A DNA stretch of 64,000 nucleotides from the human T2T-CHM13v2.0 reference genome, Homo sapiens: NCBI RefSeq assembly GCF_009914755.1, contig NC_060935.1; one strand, given 5' to 3'. The translations under genes and the position numbers were made by a program. The notes below the pieces were generated by a model. That model worked only from the letters and a program-made list of their open reading frames with translations, searched no databases and was not told the DNA's origin. How positions within the stretch are numbered: position 1 is the stretch's first letter; every line of letters begins with the position of its first letter. This document shows positions 39,481-58,024 of this stretch, piece after piece.

Positions 39481-42035
39481 TTAGTTATTTCTTGCCTTCT
39501 GCTAGCTTTTGAATGTGTTTGCTCTTGCTTTTCTAGTTCTTTTAATTGTGATGTTAGGGTGTCAATTTTGGATCTTTCCTGCTTTCTCTTGTGGGCATTT
39601 AGTGCTATAAATTTCCCTCTACACACTGCTCTGAATGCATCCCAGAGATTCTGGTATGTTGTGTCTTTGTTCTCATTGGTTTCAAAGAACATCTTTATTT
39701 CTGCCTTCATTTCGTTATGTACCCAGTAGTCATTCAGGAGCAGGTTGTTCAGTTTCCATGTAGTTGAGCGGTTTTGAGTGAGATTCTTAATCCTGAGTTC
39801 TAGTTTGATTGCACTGTGGTCTGAGAGATAGTTTGTTATAATTTCTGTTCTTTTACATTTGCTGAGGAGAGCTTTACTTCCAAGTATGTGGTCAATTTTG
39901 GAATAGGTGTGGTGTGGTGCTGAAAAAAATGTATATTCTGTTGATTTGGGGTGGAGAGTTCTGTAGATGTCTATTAGGTCCGCTTGGTGCAGAGCTGAGT
40001 TCTATTCCTGGGTATCCTTGTTGACCTTCTGTCTCGTTGATCTGTCTAATGTTGACAGTGGGGTGTTAAAGTCTCCCATTATTAATGTGTGGGAGTCTAA
40101 GTCTCTTTGTAGGTCACTCAGGACTTGCTTTATGAATCTGGGTGCTCCTGTATTGGGTGCATATATATTTAGGATAGTTAGCTCTTCTTGTTGAATTGAT
40201 CCCTTTACCATTATGTAATGGCCTTCTTTGTCTCTTTTGATCTTTGTTGGTTTAGTCTGTTTTATCAGAGACTAGGATTGCAACCCCTGCCTTTTTTTGT
40301 TTTCCATTGGCTTGGTAGATCTTCCTCCATCCTTTTATTTTGAGCCTATGGGTGTCTCTGCACATGAGATGGGTTTCCTGAATACAGCACACTGATGGGT
40401 CTTGACTCTATCCAATTTGCCAGTCTGTGTCTTTTAATTGGAGCATTTAGTCCATTTACATTTAAAGTTAATATTGTTATGTGTGAATTTGATCCTGTCA
40501 TTATGATGTTAGCTGGTTAGTTTGCTCGTTAGTTGATGCAGTTTCTTCCTAGTCTCGATGGTCTTTACATTTTGGCATGATTTTGCAGCGGCTGGTACTG
40601 GTTGTTCCTTTCCATGTTTAGCGCTTCCTTCAGGAGCTCTTGTAAGGCAGGCCTGGTGGTGACAAAATCTCTCAGCATTTGCTTGTCTATAATGTATTTT
40701 ATTTCTCCTTCGCTTATGAAGCTTAGTTTGGCTGGATATGAAATTCTGGTTTGAAAATTCTTTTCTTTAAGAATGTTGAATATTGGCCCCCACTCTCTTC
40801 TGGCTTGTAGGGTTTCTGCCGAGAGATCTGCTGTTAGTCTGATGGGCTTCCCTTTGAGGGTAACCCGACCTTTCTATCTGGCTGCCCTTAACATTTTTTT
40901 CTTCATTTCAACTTTGGTGAATCTGACAATTATGTGTCTTGGAGTTGCTATTCTCGAGGAGTATCTTTGTGGTGTTCTCTGTATTTCCTGAATCTGAACA
41001 TTGGCCTGCCTTGCTAGATTGGGGAAGTTCTCCTGGATAATATCCTGCCGGGTGTTTTCCAACTTGGTTCCATTCTCCCCATCACTTTCAGGTACACCAA
41101 TCAGACGTAGATTTGGTCTTTTCACATAGTTCCATATTTCTTGGAGGCTTTGCTCATTTCTTTTTATTCTTTTTTCTCTAAACTTCCCTTCTCACTTCAT
41201 TTCATTCATTTCATCTTCCATTGCTGATACCCTTTCTTCCACTTGATCGCGTTGGCTCCTGAGGCTTCTGCATTCTTCACGTAGTTCTCGAGCCTTGGTT
41301 TTCAGCTCCATCAGCTCCTTTAAGCACTTCTCTGTATTGGTTATTCTAGTTATATATTCTTCTAAATTTTTTTTCAAAGTTTTCAACTTCTTTGCCTTTG
41401 GTTTGAATGTCCTCCCGTAGCTCAGAGTAATTTGATCATCTGAAGCCTTCTTCTCTCAGCTTGTCAGTCATTCTCCATCCAGCTTTGTTCCATTGCTGGT
41501 GAGGAACTGCGTTCCTTTGGAGGAGGGGAGGCGCTCTACTTTTTAGAGGTTCCAGTTTTTCTGTTCTCTTTTTTCCCCATCTTTGTGGTTTTATCTACTT
41601 TTGGTCTTTGATGATGGTGATGTACAGATGGGTTTTTGGTGTGGATGTCCTTTCTGTTTGTTAGTTTTCCTTCTAACAGACAGGACCCTCAGTTGCAGGT
41701 CTGTTGGAATACCCTGCCGTGTGAGGTGTCAGTGTGCCCCTGCTGGGGGGTGCCTCCCAGTTAGGCTGCTCGGGGGTCAGGGGTCAGGGACCCACTTGAG
41801 GAGGCAGTCTGCCCGTTCTCAGATCTCCAGCTGCATGCTGGGAGAACCACTGCTCTCTTCAAAGCTGTCAGACAGGGACATTTAAGTCTGCAGAGGTTAC
41901 TGCTGTCTTTTTGTTTGTCTGTGCCCTGCCCCCAGAGGTGGAGCCTACAGAGGCAGGCAGGCCTCCTTCAGCTGTGGTGGGGTCCACCCAGTTCGAGCTT
42001 CCCGGCTGCTTTGTTTACCTAATCAAGCCTGGGCA

Positions 42036-42344
42036 ATGGTGGACGCCCCTCCCCCAGCCTCACTGCCGCCTTGCAGTTTGATCTCAGACTGCTGTGCTAG
42101 CAATCAGCGAGACTCCGTGGGCGTAGGAGCCTCCGAGCCAGGTGCGGGATATAATCTTGTGGTGCGCCGTTTTTTAAGCCCATCAGAAAAGCACAGTATT
42201 CGGGTGGGAGTGACCCGATTTTCCAGGTGCCGTCCGTCACCCCTTTCTTTGACTCAGAAAGGGAACTCCCTGACCCCTTGCGCTTCCCAAGTGAGGCAAT
42301 GCCTCGCCCTGCTTTGGCTGACGCACGGTGTGCACACCCACTGA
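42036..42344 (+). CDS. L1 ORF0 (antisense 5' UTR ORF), 102 aa
   Basis: MVDAPPPASLPPCSLISDCCASNQRDSVGV matches ORF0; ATG in GCAATGG context. Confidence 0.75.
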   Translation: MVDAPPPASLPPCSLISDCCASNQRDSVGVGASEPGAGYNLVVRRFLSPSEKHSIRVGVTRFSRCRPSPLSLTQKGNSLTPCASQVRQCLALLWLTHGVHTH

Positions 42345-42830
42345 CCTGCGCCCACTGTCTGGCACTCCCTAGTGAGATGAACCCGGTACCTCAGATGGAA
42401 ATGCAGAAATCACCCATCTTCTGCGTCGCTCACGCTAGGAGCTGTAGACTGGAGCTGTTCCTATTCGGCCATCTTGGCTCCTCCCCCAGAAAAATACTTC
42501 TTATAAGGAATTGGCTCATGCAATTACGGAGGCTGACAAGCCCCAACATCTGCAGTGGGCAAACTGGAGACCCGGGAAAAGGATAATGTAGTTTCAGCTT
42601 GAAGGCCAGTAGGCTTGAGAGCCAGGAAGAGCTGATGTTTCAGTTTGAGTATGAAATCAGGAAAAATCCATTTGTCAGCTTGAAGGCCATCAGTCAGCAG
42701 AAATTACCTCTTATTTGAGGGATGGTCAGCTTTTTGTTTTATTCAGGCCTCCAACTGATTGGATGAGGACCATTCACATTATAGAAGACAGACTGCTTTA
42801 CTCAGTCTACTGGTTTAAATGTTAATTTCT

Positions 42831-43134
42831 TTTTCATTTTTTTTTTTTTGAGACAGAATCTCCCTTTGTCACCCGGGCTGGAGTGCGATGGCGTGATCTC
42901 GGCTCACTGAAATTCTCCACCTCCTGGGTTCAAGTGACCCTCCCACCTCAGCCTCTTGAGTAGCTGGGACCACAGGCATGCATCACCATGCCTGGCTACT
43001 TTTTTTGTATTTTTAGTAGAGATGGGGTTTCACCATGTTGGCTAGGCTGGCCTTGAACTCCTGACCTTAAGTGATCTGCCTGCCTAGGCCTCACAAATTC
43101 CTGGGATTACAGGCCTAACTCACCGTGCCCAGCC
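42831..43134 (-). mobile_element. Alu inside MLT2
   Basis: TSD TTAAATGTTAATTTCT. Confidence 0.92.
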
Positions 43135-43367
43135 TTAAATGTTAATTTCTTCTGAAACACTCACAGACATAACCGGAATAACATTTGAACAAATATCTGG
43201 GCACCCCATAGCCCAGTCAAGCTGATACGTAAAATTAACAGTCACACCCTGATTTAAGGGTATTGAGGATTTGTTATCATCAGTTGCTATGGGGCCAGTT
43301 CCTCACTGTTTTCTGATGAATATCAGGTCAGAAAATCAAACTTGATATCCTTTACCTTATCTAGTAC

Positions 43368-43595
43368 CTGTCTGCAGAAGATGTGCTGGCAGTATTTGTT
43401 GCATGTAAATAAACGTAGTTATAAATTGGAAGATCAGGTCTTCTGTAAGCTGACTAGGACAGATATCATGTGACTTCTCCAAGTGAGAAAACAGAGGCTG
43501 AAGCTGGGGCATACACTCCTTGGTTCTCCAATCCCACACACAATGAGATGGGGCTGCTGTGACATCATCTGACAATTCATATCCTGCTTTGACCT
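43368..43595 (-). pseudogene. Candidate exon, 228 bp, open, phase 1-1
   Basis: CTTGCAG|AG ... CAG|GTACTA; reads VKAGYELSDDVTAAPSHCVWDWRTKECMPQLQPLFSHLEKSHDICPSQLTEDLIFQFITTFIYMQQILPAHLLQT. Confidence 0.5.
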
Positions 43596-44260
43596 CTGCA
43601 AGTATTGAGATCAGTGAATCCCACCCAGCCCTCATCCCTGTGCCTCTAGACCATTGCTCTGAACTCTCTGATGCTATGCCACCACCTCAAAAGCATGCCC
43701 GCTCTGCAGCCTTCTGCCTGGAGGCAGCTCATCCTCCTGTTTTCCTGAACCACAGAGCTTTATTGTCATTGGTGCCCTGGAGTAAGTGGCAATTCAAGCT
43801 CCTCTAATTCTAAAATTAAAGCAAATTCCTGGCCCATTTTATATCTTTCGGGGTTATAACTGAGTTGGAAATTGCAGTAAACATGTAAGTGTTGAGTGTT
43901 AGCAATAGTGGAGAGGGAGTGGGCTTGAAGTCTGACCTAGGTTCAAGTCATAGCCATGCCATTAATTAGCTGCGTGATTCTGAGCAAGTTTCTTAACGTT
44001 TCCCTGCTTGATGTCTTCATTTGAAAGTGGATATAATAGTTCTTACCTTGCAGGGTGGTTTTGAGGGTTAGGATGGGAGTCCACTCTTCTTCCTGTTCCT
44101 ATTTCTGAGTATTGAGCCATGTAAGGATGTGTGCTCTTCTAGGCTGGACCTGTCTCTTACTGCTTCTTACTGGTAAGAAAACAAAATGCTGCTGGTTCAC
44201 TGGCCTGAGAAGCCTGACTCTCAGTTCACTGATTCTCTATCTTGAATTGCAGGTGGGTCC

Positions 44261-44571
<311 letters not shown>

Positions 44572-46362
44572 TGAATTTCAGTTTTCTAAGAAGGTCCCTT
44601 TAGGGTCATGATCAGAAAGCATCCCTGAAATGCCCCTAAGTTTCTGTGAGGAAGAAATGCTTAAGAGGGTGTTTGGGAGGTACCGGATGGGCTGTCTGCT
44701 CTCTACTTGCTGGATCATCTACTTTGCTTTAGAATCTTGCTTCTTTAGGCATTGTGTAAGGCTGAATAGTGGTCCTCCATTGAATTCTTAGATCCAATGA
44801 ATCTGTTACTTTCCATGGCAAAAAGTGCTTTGCAGATGTAATTAAGGTTATAGAACTCAAGATAGAGAGATTGTCTTGGATTATCTAGGTGGGCTCAATA
44901 TAATCTCTAGAGTCTTTAGAAGCAGAGAAATTTATCTGGTTAGAGTCAGAGAGAAGTGGTAGGGGAGGAAGCAAGAGAGATTAGGCAGAAAGAGAGGTCC
45001 TATAGGCGACAGCAGGCTTTCTAATCCTCAGCCCCTGATTGAGAGCATCCATTCAACACTGCAGGCATCTTTCAAGCAAAGGCAGAGAGAAGAGCAGGGA
45101 GAAAAAAAATTCCTAGGGAAAACATTGAGAAAAGATAACCAGAGGGGGCTGAGACATGCATTCTCAGAGCACCCACCCCCTTCACCTACCTGCCATGAGG
45201 TAGAATAAATGCAGGAGTGAGGTAGAGGCAGAGATATTCTGGGAGGATGGAGCATCTATCCTGTCTTTTCCATGGAAATATAAGTATCTTGGGGTAGCAG
45301 AGGCGGGGAATGTAAGAAGGTGTGGAGAAGGGCGGGGGGTGGTCAACATTCTTCTTTAACATACATCAAAAAATTGTGTTTACATGTGGGTGTGTGGCTG
45401 GGGTGCTGCATTTCCTCCTCTTTTATGGAACATTTTTGTCTTAGTACTTGGATTATTGGAAACTTTCAGCAGCACCTGTGCAGGAAGAATGCCTAAGGCA
45501 GGAGGAAGGAAATGAGGATGATATTAAAGTGAAACAAAACATGAAGTTCTTGAATATGAGGTCATCTGGTCCAACCTCCTATTGTCTCTGCAAACTTCCT
45601 TGGCTCTGGGGTTGGGCATGCATGTCAGACGAAGGGAATAAGACCACCCTATCTCTCCAGCCACAGTGGTCGAGACTTAGGATAGTGCATCTGCCCCCTT
45701 TGGAAGCAGTGAGATGCCATCTCAGGACTCCCACTACTCCCACTACTACTGTGGGAGAAGTGTGCCCTTTTTTCCACTGGACTTATACAAATGAAAATTT
45801 AAGTCCAGAGCTGGTAACAGTCACTCTGCCACCAAGAGGAGAGGGCTTGTTGAGAGTGAAGCCCACATAGGGGTGGACAGAGCAGGGGGAAGGAGAAAAA
45901 ATTGACCTTAGGAGTCTTGTTTACATGTTAGAATTCTTCAGTCATACTCACCCATCAATGAGAATGCTTGATTGAGCTTGAGTTGAGTTTTCTATTTGCA
46001 GTCAGAATATTCCTGATAGACATGGTTTCACTATGTAGATATAGGGAATGTGAGGACTAGAGTAGGGGAAGTGACATCTCCAATGACACATGTATAACAA
46101 GTAGGATTTGTCATCTCAGCCATTCACTTCTATGGAACCTCAGAATCAGGAAACCAGCTACATTCTGAATACATGGAGTTTGCACAGATAGCCCTGTAAT
46201 CTATGCAACTTATTTCTGAATTCCCTCACAATTGGTTTTAAGGGCTGTTCCTGGTTGTCATATTCTCCTATTCTAGTACTTCTGGTAATAGCTGGAATTG
46301 AGTCAAACACTCTTACCATACAATTGAATTAACATGTTTAATTGACAGGGAACATAATATCT

Positions 46363-46364
<2 letters not shown>

Positions 46365-46411
<47 letters not shown>
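46365..46411. repeat. (CA)n microsatellite, about 23 units
   Basis: Seen directly in the sequence. Confidence 0.97.
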
Positions 46412-46413
<2 letters not shown>

Positions 46414-46460
46414 CACCACATTTAATGAGTGATGCTTTACATCTGGAGAGAGGGCTACTA

Positions 46461-46594
46461 TTTTTTTTTTTTTTTTGGTAGAGATGGGGTCTCACTATAT
46501 TGCCCAGGCTGGTCTCAAACTCCTGGGCTCAACTGACCCACCTGCCTAGGCGTTCCAAAATGCTGGGATTATAGGTGTGAGCCACCATTCCCAG
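46461..46594 (-). mobile_element. FLAM / Alu left monomer
   Basis: Single arm with CTCCTGGGCTCAA. Confidence 0.8.
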
Positions 46595-47646
46595 CTGAGA
46601 TACTTTTTAGTCCAGATGTCACCATTTTCCTGTTTTGAAGATATGTCCCTGAATGCTCCCCATGGTCAATGTTGGTCATTCATTTATTTGGTTTGGTTCT
46701 TCCCTTTTTGCACTCTAATGGTACCAAATCCTGGAAGTGGAGAGGATATTCTTTTTGCTGATTTGCTACCTCTCTGTACCCACAGTATACATTTATTCAC
46801 ACAGGTGCTGGTATTGGAATCTGCTATGGAAACTCCTTTCTGAGAACCTTTAATGTATTCATTCATTCAACAATTATTGAATGCTCACTATGTGCTAGAC
46901 ACAAAGGTATGAACAACAAAGATGACTCTCAGACCTCACAGAAGGTTCCAGTACATTCCAGAGGGTCTGGGAGCTATGTTGTCTTTCTTGTAGCTTCTCT
47001 GGATTTACACAGCCTGTGGATTTATGTTGATAATTCTTTGCTTATTGTGTACAGGGTGAAGGTTGCTGGTAGGGAGGGAAACATCATTTCACTGGTGATA
47101 ATCATCTTTCTGTTTTTAATCCTTCCCCCTGTCGGCTGGAGAGTCATTTCCTGTTCCCCTTTGTTTCTCCCTTCCTGTTGATCCGCTAAAGACCTCTCTA
47201 CCCACTGACTCCTCTGGCCCCTTTGTAGTGCATTCTAGTACCAAGTGTATGCTAGCAGACTTAATACGTGCTGAACAGTGTACTAAGCGCCTTACACGCA
47301 CCATTCGTTTAACCCTTACTACAACACTGTGAAGCTCTGCAGTTGTGTCTCAGAAGTGGATTTTTTCTAAGGTGAATTAACATCAAATATTTATTTCAAT
47401 TTTATTCAATTTCACTCTATTAGTATTTGAATTCTGAATGTTCAGAATTAGATTTGGTTAATATTTAGCCTTGACTGCCTCTTAGATGCCTGGTGCTTCA
47501 GTAATATGCAATAGACAGAGACAACATTAAGCCTAAGGTGCATTCATACCACTGCTGACCTGGCCTGGCCACTTTGGGCATCAACATTATGAGCATGGTT
47601 GAGGTCTACACACTTCAATGATCTAACTTCAGGAATACCTACTGAG

Positions 47647-49042
<1,396 letters not shown>

Positions 49043-49761
49043 ACCTACTGAGAGCCAGATCAAGATGGAGTAGTAAGTTCAAGAACTGCCTCCACTCTAG
49101 AAACATAGGCCTACTGAATAAAGTAAAAAGAGAAAACAGAAGGTGGCATAGTCAGGCCCAACTACAAGACAAGCGCTTTTGAAGATCCAGGCTGGCACAG
49201 AAACACAAACTGTGATCAGGGCTGCAAGGCTTGGTGGACTTGCTGGGTTTTGGATGCAGTGGCAGTCAGTGGTGGCAAAGGAGTCAAAAGTGTTCCCTGA
49301 GAGATGGGAAAGCAGAGGCAGGTTCTCAGCCACGGAGGCCCAGGGCTAAGGTGAGATTCATGTCTCATCTCCTATCCTTATAGAAGGAGGCTGGAAATGA
49401 ACATGTGCCAAGTGCTGAAGGAGCAGTGGCTTCCATCCAGCTCTAGACTGGGAGAGAAGGATGAGACAAAGCCTTGTGACCAAGAACTGAGTTGAGCTTC
49501 CCCTGTGACTCATCCTGGGATTGCCATGGCCCAGTGGTTCTGCAGGACTGTTCCTCTCACTGCCCTTACCAGAACTGAACCTGGATTGGAGACCCCCAAA
49601 GCTTTCAACAGGATAATTGAATATGGAGGTGGAGTAGGGGGAGTGAGAGGGAATGAAAAACAAAACGAAAAGAGCAAAATACTTCAAATTCCAAATGGGA
49701 CTATAAACTAAATACAAAACTGAAGGAAAAAAGCTAATGCTAAAAAAAAGTCAACAAACTC

Positions 49762-50073
<312 letters not shown>

Positions 50074-50309
50074 AACAAACGAACAATCAACATGGATTCA
50101 CTTCAGATAAAATTAATTTTACAGAATGATCAGATAAAACTTTAAAGTAAATGTATTGATTATTTCAAATAAATAAATGAAATCAAAACTTCCATTGAAA
50201 AATAAAAAATTTTGAAAAAAGAGGCTGAAAACAGAATGAGGAGATATGAAAAGGACCAATTAGAAAATCTGAACATTAAAAAATATAGTCATTGAAATAA
50301 AAAAATGTG

Positions 50310-51600
50310 GAGCCTTGAGTTAGAATGGCTGTTTGGCTACCTGTGCTTAATTTCACTATCATTCAAATGCATAGTAGAACTACAATAAAGGGATGAACAA
50401 ACCAACAAGAATGGGGATAATAGGTGAAGAGACAATGGTAACAGTATTTTGGAATCTGGAAAGGAGATGGAAGAGTGGTAACTGATTAGTAGAACTGAGA
50501 AAGCCAGATCTTAAGTTATTACAGTCTCAGAAAGCTGAGAAAAATCCAGTTAATGCTGAGAGTCCTCTAAGTTTCATGAACTAGCACTTCTAGAAACCTC
50601 TAGACCTGGAGTAAAAGGCCCTGAGTAGCTGGGACTACAGGCAAGTGCCACCAGGCCTGGCTAATTGTTTTTTTTTTTTTTTTTTTTTTTGGTAGAGATG
50701 GTGTTTTGCCATGTTGCCCAGGGTGGTCTTGAACTCCTGAACTCAAGCGATCTGCCCACCTCAGTCTCCCAAAGTTCTAAGAGATTACATGCCTGAGCTA
50801 TTGCGCCCGACCAAGATATTGTATTTATGAAGCAGACGGAATGTTAAAAATTCAGATAATCTTTTAAAAAAATAACATTTGGAAATTGAAAACATGATGG
50901 CAGAAATGAAAAAATTCAGTCAAAGTGCTGGAAGTCAAAGTTGAGGAATTTACCTAAAAATTAGAACAAAAATATATAGAGAGGAAAATAAGAGAGAGAC
51001 ACAAGAAAATTGGAGGATCAGTCCAGGAAATTTAACATATGAACAACACGAAGTTCTAGAGGAAAAGAACAGAAAAAGTACATGGCAAAAAATTAATAAA
51101 ATAATTCAAGAAAATTTCCCAGATTAAAACACATGGATTTTGGATATTGAAAGGGGTTAGCAAATGCCCAGTAAAATGGATGATAATAGACCTACACCAA
51201 GGCATATCCTTGTGGAATTTCAGAACCTAGGGATAAAGAGAAGATGCTAACAGCTTTTAGAGGACAACACCACCACCACCACCAACACATATTCAGAGGA
51301 CGAGGAATCAGAATGGCTTCTGTATTCCAACAAGAACACAGAAGACAGTGGAGCAATTCCTTTTACATTATAAATGGGAAGAATAGAATTCTACATTTAG
51401 ACAGCCTATCAATAAAGTATAAATTTTCTAAAACTCAAAAAAACAATCAAAATCTCTACGGAAGAATATGCTCCACAAATATGAAAGAGTAAACCAAGAA
51501 AGGGAAATAAATGGGATACAGGAAACATGAGATCTAATCCAGAAGAGAGGTGAAGGCAACCTCTAAAATGATGGTGATGAAGAATCTAAGGGTAGGTCTG
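50310..51600 (+). mobile_element. HAL1 relic with an Alu fragment (50620-50812, minus strand)
   Basis: ORF1-like sequence, then GAATATGCTCCAC...GTAAACCAAGAAAG. Confidence 0.6.
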
Positions 51601-52142
51601 AGGGGAATCGCTATGTACGAAGAATAAAAAGTAGTTCATATTAGGGCAAGTTTGAAACTTTTTGTCCAAGCAGAATGCAGTTTTTATCTGTATTGTTCCA
51701 GAGTGAGCTGAAAGGCATTGTGAAAACTGAAGGAACCATTACTTTTACTGACAGTATCCACAATGATGAGGCTTTATGGCTGAGACAGAATAATAAGACA
51801 ATAAAACATATGCCTTAATGTGAATGATTATACTAAAGTTTGATGTGTCTTTTTTTAATCATCAGCAAGGAGAAAGCCTTCATCAGAAGGAGAGAGCCAT
51901 CTGATTTCCATAGGCTCCAATGCAGAAGAAAACATTAACTGATCTTAATCAAAGAAATATTCCTGTATATACAGATATGCCCATATATACATGCAATAAC
52001 TCTAGAAGGATATACAGTATAATAATCTGATATTTACACTTTTGTTCCTTTTGAATTTTGTACTGTATGCATGTATTACTTATTCAAAAATTGAATACAA
52101 TAAAAGTTTTTCTAAAAATTTAATTCAAATGCCCACAATTTT

Positions 52143-53774
<1,632 letters not shown>

Positions 53775-54316
53775 TTAAATGCATGTGTTTAGAAACAGTA
53801 ATTTTACTTGTAGGGATATATTGTACAGACAAAACCTCACATTTTCAAAATTATGTATATAAGGTCATTTAATACAGAATTAATAACAAAACAGTGGAAA
53901 CAACTTTTACAAGGGACTTGTGAAGTAATAATTAATGTTCATCCATTCAATGGGACAGTATGAAGGCTTTTAGTAGATGATGAGGCTCATTATGTATTGA
54001 TGTGAATATTTTGTCAAATGAACAAAAGCAAGATGAAGAAAAGTATGCAGAGTATGCCACATTTGTGTATAAAAGGAAGAAAAAACTTCTTGGGTGTGTG
54101 TCTCTCTGTGTGTGAAAATGTGCATCCATTTTCACATATATGCATAGAATAAAAGAATCAGAAAGAAAGGCTATCAGAAAAAATCAACATAATTGATAAC
54201 ATTGTTTGCCTTCGAGAAGAGAAACTGGGTGGCAAGAAGAAAAGTTGAACTTTTCATTGTTTACCCTGTTTAACCTTTGGCTTTGAACCATATGAATGTA
54301 CTCCTTATTGAAAATT

Positions 54317-54810
<494 letters not shown>

Positions 54811-55879
54811 TTATCATAATAACATATATTAGAAGATAATGGAATATTCACTTTGAAATACTGAAGGAAAAAGCTGTCAACCTAGAATTTTGCCATCAGC
54901 TAAACTATTATTCAAGAAAGAGGGTTAAATAAAATCATCTTTAGACATACAAATACTAAAAGATTTGTCACTACACAGTATAAGACTATAAGACTATTAA
55001 AATTTGTTTCAGAAACAGAAGCCTGCAGAAGATGTGGAATACAAGAAGCAAACTTCTCTCTCACCTCCAAAACAGTGGAGTTGTTCTAGTGAACACAGAG
55101 ATTGATGAAAAGTGTTGGAAATCTTAATTAATGATTAGAGCCTAAGAATTATAACTTAAAAAACAATAATAATGCAGTGGAGAAGTTGTTCAAGGTAGGG
55201 GGGCACTTAAAGCGCAGTAAAGATCTTACTGCAGTTGGAAGAAATTAAATGTCTGTAAACATTGACAGAAAAATTTTTAGTTAAGTATGTCATTTAAAAA
55301 ATTCAGTGTGGCTATTAAAATAATAGAAATAAAAGTTATGGCTTCCAAATCAGAATGGAATACACATTATCAAACAAAAGAAGGTAGAAAAGAGGAAAAA
55401 CACAGGATGGTAAATAGAAAACACAAAATATGGTACTGTGATTAAGTCTAAATAAACGACTACATTAAAAAAGTGTAAATGGATCAGATTTATCTATTAA
55501 AAGAAGCAATCAAATGAACAAAAAAATGCAACTCTATGCTTTCTACAAGACACAGAATGAACGCACACACATACACACATATGGGCTGAATATAAAAAAA
55601 TGGAAAATGATGGGAAGTCCTAGCCAGAGCAAACAAGCATGAGAAAGAAATAAAATATATTGAAATAGGAAAAGAAGAAGTCAACCTATCTTTCACTGTT
55701 GATATTCCACCCTTAGAAAACTTTAAAGACTCTGCCAAAAGGCTCATCCTAGAATGGATACATAACTTCAGTAAAGTTTCAGGATACAAAATCAGTGTAC
55801 AAAAAATCAGCAGCATTTCTATACACCAATAACATTCAACCTGAGAGTCAAGTCAAGAACATAATACTATTTACAGTAG

Positions 55880-55932
<53 letters not shown>

Positions 55933-56320
55933 TACTTAGGAATACATTTAACCAAGGAGATGAAAGATCTCTACAAGGAGAACTACAAACTCCAGCTGAA
56001 AGAAATCATAGGTGATATACACAAATGGAAAAACATTTAATGCTTTTGAGTTGGAAGAATCAATATTGTTAAAATGTCCATACTGCCCAAAGCAATCTAC
56101 AGATTCAGTACTATTTCTATCAAACCACCAGTGTCATATTTCACAGAATTAGAAAAAACTAAAATAGTTCATATGGAGCCAAAAAAGAGCCTGAGTAACC
56201 AAAGCAATACTAAGCAAAAAGAACAAAGCTAGAGGCATCACATTACCTGACTTCAGACTATACTACAAGGCTATGGTAACCCAAACAGCATAGTACTGGT
56301 ACAAAAACGGACACATACAT

Positions 56321-56704
56321 TGTATTAGTCTGTTCTTGCACTTCTATAAAGACCTATCTGTGACTGGGTAATTTATAAAGAAAAGAGGTTTAATTGGTGT
56401 ATGGTTCTGCAGGCTGTATAGGAAGCATGGCTGGGGAGGCCTCAGGAAACTTATAATCATGGTGGAAGGTGAAAGGAAAGCAGGCATATCCTACATGGCT
56501 GGAGCAGAAGGGAAAGAGAGGGGGACATTGCCACACACTTTTAAACAACCAGATCTCCTGAGATACTCACTCACTATCATGAGGACAGCAAGGGGGGGAA
56601 TCTACCCCCAGGATCCAGTTACCTCCCACCAGGCCCCACCTCCAACCTTGGGGATTACAATTTGACATGAAATTTGGGCGGAGACACAAATGCAAACCAT
56701 ATCA
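56321..56704 (-). mobile_element. MSTA/MSTB solo LTR
   Basis: TGTATTAGTCTGTTCTTGCA...CAAACCATATCA. Confidence 0.85.
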
Positions 56705-57220
56705 CACACCAATGAACAGAATAAAAAACTGGAAATAAAGCCATACGTCTTCAGCCATCTGATCATCAACAAATTGACAAAAATAAGCTAAGGAGAAAGG
56801 ACTTCCTATTCAATAAATGGTGCTAGGATAGCTGGCTAGCCACATGCAGAAGAATGAAACTGGATCCTTACCTTTTGCGACATACAAAAATTATCTCAAG
56901 ATGAATCCAAGATTTAATGTGACACCTCAAACTATAAGAATCCTAGAAGAAAACCCAGAAAACACCATTCTGGACATCGGCCTTGGGAAAGAATTTATGG
57001 CTCAATCATGAAAAGCAATTGCAATAAAAATAAAAATTGGTAAGTGGGACCTAATTAAAGAGCACAGCAAAACAAACTATCAGGCAGAATAAACCCACAA
57101 CCTACAGAATGAGAGGAAATTTTTGGAAACTATGCATTCAACAAAGGTCTAATATTCAGAGCCTACAAGGAATTTAATTCAACAAGCAAAAAACAAATAA
57201 CCCCATCAAATGTGGGCACA

Positions 57221-57510
57221 GGCTGGGCGTGGTGGCTCACACCTGTAATCCCAGCACTTTGGGAGGCTGAGGTGGGTGGATCACGAGGTCAGGAGTTCAA
57301 GACCAGCCTGGCCAAGATGGTGAAACCCCGTCTCTACTAAAAATACAAAAATTAGCTGGGCATGGTGGTGGGCGCCTGTAATCCCAGCTACTTGGGAGGC
57401 TGAGGAAGAGAATTTCTTGAACCCGGGAGGCGGAGGTTGTAGTGAGCCGAGTTCACGCCACTGCACTCCAGCCTGGGTGACACAGCAAGACTGTGTCAAA
57501 AAAATAAAAA
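57221..57510 (+). mobile_element. AluSg-like
   Basis: TSD GTGGGCACA. Confidence 0.9.
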
Positions 57511-57631
57511 CAGTGGGCACAAGACATGAACAGACACTTATCAGAAGAATACATACAAGTGGCCAGTAAACATATAAAAAAATGTTCAACATCACTAACC
57601 ACCAGACAGAAGCAAATCAAAACCACAGTGA

Positions 57632-57965
<334 letters not shown>

Positions 57966-57990
57966 TCATACCAGTTAGAATAGCTAATAC

Positions 57991-58024
57991 TAGGTTGGTG
58001 CAAAAGTAGTTGTGGTTTTTGCCA
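57991..58024 (+). mobile_element. Solo Hsmar1/MADE1 terminal inverted repeat
   Basis: TAGGTTGGTGCAAAAGTAGTTGTGGTTTTTGCCA. Confidence 0.85.

Noticed and set aside
51755-51790. Box C/D-like ATGATGA...CTGA
   Set aside because: The boxes are only about 10 nt apart with no terminal stem, so this is not a snoRNA.
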